Below are positions 50,179-58,395 of a stretch of 64,000 nt of DNA, piece after piece. Positions within the stretch are counted from its first letter, which is position 1, and each line of letters opens with the position of its first letter. Position numbers and translations under genes: made by a program. The notes below the pieces were generated by a model, which was not told the DNA's origin, did not search any database, and saw only the letters and a program-made list of their open reading frames with translations. The DNA is from an uncultured Ignavibacteriales bacterium (GTDB lineage Bacteria > Zixibacteria > MSB-5A5 > GN15 > FEB-12), in contig CAZGMK010000018.1 of assembly GCA_964526835.1 (NCBI GenBank), forward strand, positions 278 through 64,277, written 5' to 3'.

Positions 50179-50322
50179 AGAGATACAACCGTATGGAGAT
50201 TCGACGTCCTACCTGCTACGCCGACGCAGTCAGACACTCATCGGGCGTACGAAGAACTGCGGGCTTGTTACGGAGTGAAACCAAGGCACCAACCGTTAAC
50301 ATAGACACAGGAGTCTAGCTCC

Positions 50323-50772
50323 ATGCGTAAGGCTACACGAAAAAAGACAACGCGTAAGACCGCCCGGAAGACGAGCACACGCAAACCGGCGGCAAGGAAG
50401 AAGACCACGGCCCGCTCAACCAAGCGCAAGGTGGGGCTGCGTCCCGGCGCTAAAGCCTGGACCAAGGCTGAAGAGCGCAAGCTGACGACGGCCTACAAGA
50501 AGAAGAGCGCCACCGAGATCGCTGAGATGCTCGGGCGGACGCCGGCATCGGTGAAGGCGAAGATCCGTACCCTCGGTCTGAAGAAGCCGGCCGGGGCCAC
50601 TCGCAAACCTGCCCGCAAGACCGCAGGCAAGAAGGCCACAACCAGAAAAAGGACTGCGCGCAAGAAGACGACAGCTCGTACCAAGACCACGAAGGCCAAG
50701 AGCTCACGGGCTCGCAAGACGTCGACCAGGGCGACAAGGACTGGACGGACCCGTCGTCGCACACGCAGCTAG
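50323..50772 (+). CDS. highly basic Lys/Arg/Thr-rich protein with a central Myb/SANT/GcrA-like helix-turn-helix (candidate nucleoid-associated protein)
   Basis: 149 aa, of which 58 are Lys/Arg and only 4 acidic by my count. The tails are degenerate TRKKTT/ARK repeats. The centre is WTKAEERKLTTAYKKKSATEIAEMLGRTPASVKAKIRTLGL. An AGGAG Shine-Dalgarno lies 9 nt upstream and a strong terminator lies downstream. Confidence 0.7.
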   Translation: MRKATRKKTTRKTARKTSTRKPAARKKTTARSTKRKVGLRPGAKAWTKAEERKLTTAYKKKSATEIAEMLGRTPASVKAKIRTLGLKKPAGATRKPARKTAGKKATTRKRTARKKTTARTKTTKAKSSRARKTSTRATRTGRTRRRTRS

Positions 50773-50799
50773 GTTCTTCGATACGACCACATGTCCCGA

Positions 50800-50829
50800 G
50801 AAACCCGCCCTCAGGCGGGTTTCTTTGTT
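50800..50829 (+). terminator. rho-independent terminator
   Basis: GAAACCCGCC ctca GGCGGGTTTC followed by TTTGTT, 28 nt after the stop codon. Confidence 0.75.
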
Positions 50830-51143
50830 CGGGCCTTTGTCCGTGCGACTGCGTGGGCTGACCAAATCCATGTTAGCTCCGGCCCTTTCGATTTCAAGAT
50901 AGGTTTCTTCCGTTGCCCCGGGCAGGTGTATATCCAATCTTCATCCCAGGCGTCGGTTGAGAGAATGCTTGGCTGATGATTGACCAGTCTCTCTGCACTC
51001 GGTCGGGCGACGCAGGGCCGCCCGCGGCAAAAGAACCTTTCTCGAGTAGCCGCTGGCTTATCTTTGCGGCGTCAATGGGCCAGGCGAGGTTCATCGACAA
51101 GCCTCGAGAACAGCTCGGAATACTCTGATTGAGGACGATCACG

Positions 51144-53351
51144 ATGAAAGACACTGCCGTTGTCGCCGCCCTGCTCATGTTACTGATTAGCGGTCCTGCT
51201 CGATCTGTAGATACAACTGACGTCCTCGGCCGGATTCTCGCTGAGGTCGGCTTCAGCCGGGAGAACCTGGGATATGCCCCCGCCGGATACTGGAACCGCT
51301 TTCCACAGGACACTCCGCACAAACTCAACTCATTCGACGATCTCTTCGCCGAGCCGTTGCGCCTGTACGACTACTCGCAGGTAATGGCCAATGCCGTGGA
51401 GCAGTATCTCGATCCGACCCGAGCCGACAGCCTTGATGACGGCCTCTACCATCTGGTGTACAACCTCGGCGTTGAGAAGAAATTCGGCGGCTTTCGTTCC
51501 TATTCGGCCAACCTGATTACTGCTCCCGATGGCGATCGCCCCGTCATTGAGGCCCTGGACTATCTTCAGCACCTGGCCGGACAGCGGAGCCGCTACAAAG
51601 CCTTCGGACAGGACGGCGAATGGCCGCGCCACCGATTCGAGTTGGCTGATCGGATTGCTTCCATCCCGGATACGATCCGCCATGTGCTGGCGGAACTGCT
51701 GATAAACCTGGGAGAAGCAATCTACTGGCATATTCTGGCCTTCCGTAACTGTGATCACTCAGATCTGCAGACAGCCTTCGATATCCGCGATCTGGCAGAG
51801 ACTCAGACCGACGGCGCCGTCTACCATCCCGAACTTGACGATATAGCCGGCGCCATCGACTGGGCTTCGCTGTTCTACTCGGCCCTGAAGACCGTCGCTG
51901 CCGCTGAGCAGGCCGAGCGAAAACTGGTCGGTCTTGCGGACCGGTTCCCCGACACGCTGGATATCGACCTTGCTACTCCCTTCGGAAGAGTGGTCCTGCT
52001 GCCCGGCAAGAACGACCCGCATGGACTTCCTCCCACTTCTCTGACGCCTGCGGATGCTGAGAGCCGGAAGCACTTCGAAATCGATGCAGCCAATACGCTG
52101 CTGCTGATCGACTTCGGGCGTAACACAATCTATCAGGGCAGCCCCGGCGCCACTTCATCACTGTCGAATCCGATCTCGGTGCTGATCGATCTGGCGGGCG
52201 ACGATTACTATGGACATGGACGCACATCCTATCCACCGTCGACCGGTGTGGGTCTGATGGGAGTTGGGGTTGCAATCGATTCCGAGGGAGATGACCACTA
52301 CAGTGGTTCCACTTACGCTCAGGGCGCCGGTCTGTTCGGGGTCGGCGTGCTGCTGGACCGCTCCGGCGATGATCACTACCGGGCCGAGACTTCGGCCCAG
52401 GGAGCGGGCTACTTCGGGATCGGGATTTGCCTCGATGCCACCGGCGACGACGAGTACTATCTGTGGGGTGATGGTCAGGGAATGGGAGGAGTCGGCGGCG
52501 GAATCGGCGTTTGCGCTTCATTCTCGGGCAACGACAAGTATACGGCCGAACCGTACAGTCGCGTCGTGGATCGCGGTGACTATCATAGTGACCACAAGAT
52601 CAACGGGAACAACGCCCAGGGAGCGGGATTCGGGCGTCGAGGCGACGGCTCCGACGGCCACAGTTGGGCAGGAGGCCTGGGAGCAATTATGGATATCCAC
52701 GGTGACGACCACTATTATTCCGGAAACTGGACCCTCGGGGTCGGCTACTGGTTCGCCACCGGTATAGCGCTCGATCGTAACGGCAACGACAAGTACGAAT
52801 CCTGCTATTTCACCCAGGCTTCCGGGGCGCACTACTGCAACGGCGTCCTGATCGATCAGTCAGGCGACGATGAGCACATCCTGTACGAAACCGCCGGCGC
52901 GGCCCTGGGCTTTGGCTGGGACTACACTAACGCTCTGCTGGTCAACCTGGGCGGCGACGATCACTATAGGGCCAGAATAATCTCCATGGGTCTGGCGCAG
53001 ATTCGCTCCAACGCTTTCCTGATCGACGTCGGAGGTGATGATGTGTACGAACTCGGCAAAGGCACGCCGGGCCTGGGAGAAGCTTCCTGGCGCGAAGGAT
53101 ACGACAAACCCAGCCCACTGCTGACCTACTACTACTATTCCAGGTCATTCGGTGGGTTCATCGATATCGGCGGAGACGATACCTACTGGGAGTTTGATTC
53201 CGCAGGACGTGAGCCACATCCGGTGGCTGCGGAGAACTCGCTTTGGCTCCAGCCATCTCGCGATGATGAGCGTTGGGGAGCTGATAATTTCGGAGTCGGA
53301 ATCGACATCGAATCCGGCGTGATTCCGGAGGTGGAGATGTGGGGACGGTGA
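51144..53351 (+). CDS. secreted repeat protein with a C-terminal beta-solenoid-like array of h-x-D-x2-G-[DN]-D-x-Y repeats
   Basis: Track ORF (TTG at 51129) trimmed to the ATG at 51144 (MKDTAVVAALLMLLISGPARS signal). An N-terminal ~320-aa non-repetitive domain is followed by about 12 repeats. No T9SS sorting domain. Confidence 0.75.
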   Translation: MKDTAVVAALLMLLISGPARSVDTTDVLGRILAEVGFSRENLGYAPAGYWNRFPQDTPHKLNSFDDLFAEPLRLYDYSQVMANAVEQYLDPTRADSLDDGLYHLVYNLGVEKKFGGFRSYSANLITAPDGDRPVIEALDYLQHLAGQRSRYKAFGQDGEWPRHRFELADRIASIPDTIRHVLAELLINLGEAIYWHILAFRNCDHSDLQTAFDIRDLAETQTDGAVYHPELDDIAGAIDWASLFYSALKTVAAAEQAERKLVGLADRFPDTLDIDLATPFGRVVLLPGKNDPHGLPPTSLTPADAESRKHFEIDAANTLLLIDFGRNTIYQGSPGATSSLSNPISVLIDLAGDDYYGHGRTSYPPSTGVGLMGVGVAIDSEGDDHYSGSTYAQGAGLFGVGVLLDRSGDDHYRAETSAQGAGYFGIGICLDATGDDEYYLWGDGQGMGGVGGGIGVCASFSGNDKYTAEPYSRVVDRGDYHSDHKINGNNAQGAGFGRRGDGSDGHSWAGGLGAIMDIHGDDHYYSGNWTLGVGYWFATGIALDRNGNDKYESCYFTQASGAHYCNGVLIDQSGDDEHILYETAGAALGFGWDYTNALLVNLGGDDHYRARIISMGLAQIRSNAFLIDVGGDDVYELGKGTPGLGEASWREGYDKPSPLLTYYYYSRSFGGFIDIGGDDTYWEFDSAGREPHPVAAENSLWLQPSRDDERWGADNFGVGIDIESGVIPEVEMWGR
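52098..53190 (+). repeat. protein-level tandem repeats (period 26-30 aa, ~12 copies)
   Basis: Examples: AIDSEGDDHYSGSTYAQGAGLFGVGV / LLDRSGDDHYRAETSAQGAGYFGIGI / CLDATGDDEYY.. / IMDIHGDDHYY.. / ALDRNGNDKYE.. / LIDQSGDDEH.. / LVNLGGDDHYR.. / LIDVGGDDVYE.. / FIDIGGDDTYW... Confidence 0.7.
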
Positions 53352-53409
53352 AATGAACCTCGGACTGTCCGCGATCCGGCCGCCCCGATGCTCCGCCGGG
53401 AGTCGGCAT

Positions 53410-53449
53410 AAGAAAAGCCTCTCCGGCCTGTGCTCACAACCGAAGAGGC
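53410..53449 (-). terminator. probable rho-independent terminator for the aspA-fusion gene
   Basis: Minus strand: GCCTCTTCGG..13-nt loop..CCGGAGAGGC (10 bp, 1 mismatch) followed by TTTTCTT. It lies 174 nt downstream of the stop at 53623 and 66 nt downstream of the convergent gene's stop. Confidence 0.5.
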
Positions 53450-53622
53450 GCATCCCGAATGCGGCGGGAGGGGTACCGCACTCGAGTTCATCTCTGTATA
53501 CACCTTATTTCACAAATACCAATGGTTCCCGAGGCCGGATCAGCAAATCACTTAACCAATTTCTAACAGTATTGCCCCGATTTGTCAATACATAATTTGC
53601 CACTGCAATGTCGCAACCCGGT

Positions 53623-55503
53623 TTAGCGCGGGTCGCCGCCGCTCTCCCGGTGGTTCGTCATTCGATCCGGATCCAGTAACTCGTCGAGCTCGTCTTTGGT
53701 CAGGAGTGACCGCTCCAGGACCAGCTCATACACGCCGCGATCCTGCTCGAGGGCTTCGCGCGCCAGAGCCGTGCAGACTTCATATCCCAGGACCGGGTTC
53801 AGGGCCGTGATCACACCGATGCTCTTCTTGACATAACGGCGGCAGACCCTCTCATTCGCCGTGATTCCGTCGACGCACCTGATGCGCAGGGTTTCCATGC
53901 AGTTGATCAGCATATCAATCGACTCGAAAATGCTCTGAGCAATAACCGGCTCCATGGCGTTGAGCTCAAGTTGACCGGCCTCCGCCGCCATGGTGACCGT
54001 GAGATCGTTTCCCACTACCTTGAAGGCCACCTGGTTGACCACTTCGGGAATGACAGGATTGACCTTCCCCGGCATAATCGATGAGCCCGGTTGCATGGCC
54101 GGCAGGTTAATCTCATTGAACCCGGCTCGCGGCCCCGATGAAAGGAGGCGCAGGTCGTTGGCGATCTTTGACAGCTTGATGGCCAGACGTTTTATCGCCG
54201 ACGAGTACATCACGAAGCCGCCGGTATCCTGGGTTTCTTCGACCAGGTCATAGGCCAGGCGCACCGGCAATTGGGTGATCTCACGAAGATGTTCGACAAC
54301 CAGCCCCGGATAGCGCGGATCGGCGTTGATACCCGTGCCAATCGCGGTGCCGCCCATATTCAGTTCCAGGAAGAGGTCGGCGTTGTCCTCCAGCCGCCTG
54401 ATCTCCTCGTGCAGCGTGGCCGCCCAGGCCTCGAACTCCTGTCCAAGTGTCATCGGCACCGCATCCTGCATCTGGGTGCGGCCCATCTTGATTATGCGCC
54501 CGAACTCCCGCCCCTTAGCACGGAAGGACTCGACCAGCTGACCCAGCGAGGCCACCAGGTCGCGATTGAAGAAGAGGAAAGCGATCTTCAGCGCCGAGGG
54601 GTAGACATCATTTGTCGACTGGGACATATTGACATGAATGTTGGGATGGCATTGGGCGTACTGGCCTCGTTCGCAGCCGAGCAGCTCCAGCGCCCGATTC
54701 GCGATGACCTCGTTGGCGTTCATGTTGGTGGATGTGCCGGCGCCCCCCTGCACCAGGTCGACCACGAACTGGGAGTGCAGGCGACCACCGACGATCTCTT
54801 CGCAGGTTCTGACAATAGCATCGGCGATATTGTTGTCGATCAGGCCTAGCTCCTGGTTGGTGCGCGCAGCCGCCATTTTAACCATGGCCAGAGACCTGAT
54901 GAGGGTAGGAAACTGGCTTAGAGCGATCCCGGATATATTGAAGTTCTCCAGGGCTCGCAGAGTTTGAATGCCATAGTAGAATTCGTACGGAACATCCCTG
55001 TCTCCCAGAAGATCGTGCTCACGACGAGTCCGCCCGCTCATGTACTGGGCGGCGACATCGACCGCGCGCGTAGAGGCCTTCACAATGCGACGTGACACCA
55101 CTCGAGCCACGGCGGCTAGCAGCTTCATAGCCGCCTCTGGCCGGTGCTTTCCGATATCGGTGAAGACATCCCTGGTGATGGCCAGGGCTCGAGTCCGCAG
55201 CAAAGTTCGCGCCGAAGTGGAATGGGGATAATCATCCATCAAGGCGCCCTCAGCGATGAAGTCGCCGGCACTGAAGAACGACAGGCGTCGTTCCTGACCC
55301 GCAGCGGTGCGCTTGGTCAGTTGGACCTGCCCGGTGATGATGACCCACATGCAACGACGCGGATCATTCTCCTCAAAGACTGATTCGCCAGGGCCGAACT
55401 CCACTATTTCGCCGCGTTCGGCAAAAAGAAGCCGCTCTTCCTCGTTAAGCCGTGCGAACAACTCTACTTGAAACAAAAACCGGGAAACTGAAGCAGTATC
55501 CAA
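53623..55503 (-). CDS. aspA: cyclic-nucleotide-binding-like domain fused to aspartate ammonia-lyase
   Basis: TTG start with an AGGAG Shine-Dalgarno 9 nt upstream. Residues 1-~150 form a cNMP/CAP-effector-like beta-roll (..FGPGESVFEENDPRRCMWVIITGQVQL..FFSAGDFIAEGALMDD..). The remainder is AspA-like (EHDLLGDRDVPYEFYYGIQTLRALENFNISG; GSSIMPGKVNPVIPEVVNQVAFKVVGND). Confidence 0.9.
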   Translation of the reverse strand: MDTASVSRFLFQVELFARLNEEERLLFAERGEIVEFGPGESVFEENDPRRCMWVIITGQVQLTKRTAAGQERRLSFFSAGDFIAEGALMDDYPHSTSARTLLRTRALAITRDVFTDIGKHRPEAAMKLLAAVARVVSRRIVKASTRAVDVAAQYMSGRTRREHDLLGDRDVPYEFYYGIQTLRALENFNISGIALSQFPTLIRSLAMVKMAAARTNQELGLIDNNIADAIVRTCEEIVGGRLHSQFVVDLVQGGAGTSTNMNANEVIANRALELLGCERGQYAQCHPNIHVNMSQSTNDVYPSALKIAFLFFNRDLVASLGQLVESFRAKGREFGRIIKMGRTQMQDAVPMTLGQEFEAWAATLHEEIRRLEDNADLFLELNMGGTAIGTGINADPRYPGLVVEHLREITQLPVRLAYDLVEETQDTGGFVMYSSAIKRLAIKLSKIANDLRLLSSGPRAGFNEINLPAMQPGSSIMPGKVNPVIPEVVNQVAFKVVGNDLTVTMAAEAGQLELNAMEPVIAQSIFESIDMLINCMETLRIRCVDGITANERVCRRYVKKSIGVITALNPVLGYEVCTALAREALEQDRGVYELVLERSLLTKDELDELLDPDRMTNHRESGGDPR

Positions 55504-55538
55504 AGTGCGAAATCTCCTGTCAATTCAAAGCTCTGGGC

Positions 55539-55566
55539 AATATATCAACAGTAAACAGAACAACAA
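55539..55566 (-). promoter_or_regulatory. possible promoter of the aspA-fusion gene
   Basis: On the minus strand, TTGTTG (55566-55561), a 16-nt spacer and TATATT (55544-55539). Confidence 0.35.
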
Positions 55567-55584
55567 GAGGGCGCGGCGACCTTT

Positions 55585-58200
55585 TCACATCACAATCGCG
55601 ACTTTTCCGATCTGGGTCTGGCCGCCGGGACCGGTGACTGTCCAGTAATATAGACCGCTGACCACAAGCTGGTGGTTGCGAGTAATCAGGTCCCAACAAT
55701 CATGAGAAGTACCATCGTCGTGCTCGATGGTTCGAACCAGGTCGCCGTCCAGCGTGTAGATGCGAATCGTGCAGAAAGGCGGCAGATTCGCAAAGTGGAT
55801 TGCGCGGGTGCGGTCGGGCATGCGATCGGATTGCATTCGGCCCTCAAAACCACGACCCCGATAGCCGCCGTCCAGACGATATGGGTTGGGATAGACAAAA
55901 GCCTCAAGTTTCTCGCTCAGCACGCGATCGGCGTCGGGCAACGCGTATGTCGACTGAGCATTGTTGCTGATCGACGATTCCAGGGCGGACAGCCCCGACT
56001 CCGGCGAGCCATAGTCGAAGGCGGTCACACTCACCCACCATGGCGTCGACGGCAGCAGATGGTCGATCACCAACTCGTATTCGAAGTACTTGAGATATCC
56101 GTCATCGGTCAGTTCGTCGCGATCGGCCTCAGAGGGATCAAGGCTCGATGGGTATGGCTGATTCGGGAAACGCTTTCGAATCGGGGTGTCCTCCCCTAGC
56201 CGTGACACATTCGCTCCCTGCGGTTCGAAGTAGAACAGGGAATCGGGGAAATCCGGGTGACGGAACGGATTGCCCCGTCCATGACGGCCTGGATCGAAAG
56301 CGCTGTCGGCGCACGGATTCTCACCTGATCCATAGAGGCAGCGGAGGTCCTCGACAGTGAACGGTTGATCGCGCAATTCGTATCCCGCGATCGGCCGCCG
56401 CTCGGAATTGTATACCCACTTGTTGTAGTTCTCACGGTCATAGGAAGCCACTAACGTGTAGCTGCCTTCTCGCTGATCACGCGCCAGATAGACATTATAG
56501 CCCTCAAAGTCGATCTTACCGGAGAATACATCGCGAGTAGTCTCAGAGCGAAGGCCGTTGAAGCGGACCGCGACTTGCCCCGAAGCGGCGCCCAGCCGGA
56601 CATCGGGTGGCGGCGGCGAGGAGGCGCCGCGGAAATCGGGAACCCCGTCTCCCCGGATCCAACAAGTATCGACGATATCGTACTCCCATCGATGGATAGT
56701 CGTATCCTGGCCGTCTACGGTTGTGTCAATCGCGACCATAGATGATCCGGCCGGACAGGCGATGAAGTCGCCCGCATAGCCGTCGCCATCGGTATCGTAC
56801 CCAGGGTTATCGTATATCCATGAGGCCCACCTGGCGTTCTCGGCCAGGTCCGAGAAGTCCAGTTGGCTCAGGTACAGGTCGGGCCGGTCGGGCAGGTTCT
56901 CTTCGTTGCCGTAGACCTGGTGCAGGTTGTCGCCCGCGACATAGGCGAATGATATGGGCAGGGTCTGTCCGGGGCTGATATCGAACGGCCCGAATGACAG
57001 CAGGTAGCGGGTGTCATAGCCGGTGGCGAAGGAATCGGCGCGGTTTTGGTCCGGATACAGCCACAGGCTGTCGTTGGGCGCAATGACGCCGGTGCGGACC
57101 TGATCATAATCGAACTCGCGGTTACTCATTACATAGTACTTGTTGGCGTCCCCCTCCGGCGTGCCGAGGCCCCCGGTGCCGAAGTCCCGCAGGTCTTCCT
57201 TTCGCCGGCCGGAGAACGGCCTTTCTCGCGGGCCGAAGTCGAGCGCGGGGTTGCCATTGCCGATCCACCAATTGAAACTGACATCAAGGGAATCCTGTGG
57301 TGTCCGGATAATGCGAGCGCCTGTTACCGCCGGGGCCGGGTGGGCCTGTCCGTCCTGGTAGATCAGGTCCGGGTCGCCGTTGTCATCGGCGGCCCAGGCA
57401 ATGAAGACAGTATCATCGTAGGCGCAGCCACCGCACGTGTCCGGCCACGCATGCAGGAAACCCGAGTGGTCGTCCTGGAAGCCCTGCATCGGGCCGAGAC
57501 AATCGAAACAGATCATGCAGTCGACGTATATGGCCATGTAGACTTCCCGCAGGATCCGACGGCCAATATTGCTGATGCGATAGTCGAAGAGAACGAAGTC
57601 CTCGGCGTATTCATATGACCAGGCGTAGGACGATTGTGTGACCTCGATATTGAGAGGGGTGTGAGGTCGACCGAAGTAGTCGTCGGGAACCCCTGATGTG
57701 AGCGTATCGTAATAAACCGCTATATAGTCCTCTTCAGATACAGCGCCGTCGTAGTGCGGCGAACCGGGGTCGGTGGTTGAGCGATACACCATATCACCAA
57801 TCGGCGAAACGTCGGGGTACATTTCGTAGACGTGCTGCCAGCCGTCGGCGCCCACGCTGACCAGCGTATCTCGTCCCACGACCGCGCCGATCCAGAAAGC
57901 CCCGCCAAAGAGATAGGAGATTCTGGAGTTCTTCGGGTACTGGCAGGAGTGCAGGATTTCCTGCCCCGTGAAACAGTCCAGGCTGGCTCCAGGGTGGTAC
58001 TCCCGACCGAAGGTGCCGTTGTTGGCAACGGCCAATTCAATTCGTCCCACCCGATGGGCGGCAAGACAATGAGCCGGGGCGTTGGTCGCATGGTCGCTGC
58101 GCACCGCCTGCCGGCTCTTGTCAATAGGCAACATCTGTCCCTCAGTCACGCCCGACAACAGCCCGGCGCACAGGATAAGGGTGATGGCGATCTTGCGCAT
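55585..58200 (-). CDS. large secreted protein of unknown function with T9SS C-terminal sorting domain
   Basis: Track ORF trimmed to the Met at 58200 (MRKIAITLILCAGLLSGVTEG signal). The C-terminal ~100 aa (VYPNPYR..CTIRIYTLDGDLVRTIEHDD..SGLYYWTVTG..GKVAIVM) has the T9SS/FlgD-Ig-like pattern. The body has no motif I recognise. Confidence 0.75.
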   Translation of the reverse strand: MRKIAITLILCAGLLSGVTEGQMLPIDKSRQAVRSDHATNAPAHCLAAHRVGRIELAVANNGTFGREYHPGASLDCFTGQEILHSCQYPKNSRISYLFGGAFWIGAVVGRDTLVSVGADGWQHVYEMYPDVSPIGDMVYRSTTDPGSPHYDGAVSEEDYIAVYYDTLTSGVPDDYFGRPHTPLNIEVTQSSYAWSYEYAEDFVLFDYRISNIGRRILREVYMAIYVDCMICFDCLGPMQGFQDDHSGFLHAWPDTCGGCAYDDTVFIAWAADDNGDPDLIYQDGQAHPAPAVTGARIIRTPQDSLDVSFNWWIGNGNPALDFGPRERPFSGRRKEDLRDFGTGGLGTPEGDANKYYVMSNREFDYDQVRTGVIAPNDSLWLYPDQNRADSFATGYDTRYLLSFGPFDISPGQTLPISFAYVAGDNLHQVYGNEENLPDRPDLYLSQLDFSDLAENARWASWIYDNPGYDTDGDGYAGDFIACPAGSSMVAIDTTVDGQDTTIHRWEYDIVDTCWIRGDGVPDFRGASSPPPPDVRLGAASGQVAVRFNGLRSETTRDVFSGKIDFEGYNVYLARDQREGSYTLVASYDRENYNKWVYNSERRPIAGYELRDQPFTVEDLRCLYGSGENPCADSAFDPGRHGRGNPFRHPDFPDSLFYFEPQGANVSRLGEDTPIRKRFPNQPYPSSLDPSEADRDELTDDGYLKYFEYELVIDHLLPSTPWWVSVTAFDYGSPESGLSALESSISNNAQSTYALPDADRVLSEKLEAFVYPNPYRLDGGYRGRGFEGRMQSDRMPDRTRAIHFANLPPFCTIRIYTLDGDLVRTIEHDDGTSHDCWDLITRNHQLVVSGLYYWTVTGPGGQTQIGKVAIVM

Positions 58201-58210
58201 AGTGTCCCTG

Positions 58211-58249
58211 TCTTTCCACCTGGGAGCGGTCAACTCCCAGGTGGAAAGA
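58211..58249. promoter_or_regulatory. perfect 15-bp inverted repeat in the leader of the T9SS cargo gene
   Basis: TCTTTCCACCTGGGA (58211-58225), a 9-nt loop and TCCCAGGTGGAAAGA (58235-58249). On the minus strand the hairpin ends 10 nt before the ATG at 58200. Confidence 0.5.
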
Positions 58250-58340
58250 TATGCAATCAGGCGGCCAAGGGCAACCATAGCGATGACACTCCTCCAGTTT
58301 CCGCCGGACTGACCGGCCTGAATTCCGCCGGCAATCCCGG

Positions 58341-58369
58341 TTGACTTTCCCTCTGGCAGTGTGTATGTC
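58341..58369 (+). promoter_or_regulatory. possible promoter for the S9 peptidase gene
   Basis: TTGACT (58341-58346), a 17-nt spacer and TATGTC (58364-58369). The -10 is weak. A CAGGAGG Shine-Dalgarno lies at 58381-58387. Confidence 0.25.
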
Positions 58370-58395
58370 TCCAGGATCATCAGGAGGCAGCAGAT

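Noticed and set aside
50268-50764. Minus-strand ORFs (70, 104 and 89 aa) opposite the basic-protein gene
   Set aside because: They are the complement of a Lys/Arg/Thr-codon-rich gene. The plus-strand gene has the Shine-Dalgarno, promoter and terminator.
50894-51328. 144-aa minus-strand ORF upstream of and overlapping the beta-solenoid gene
   Set aside because: It overlaps the signal-peptide region of a well-supported gene and has no start context or motif.
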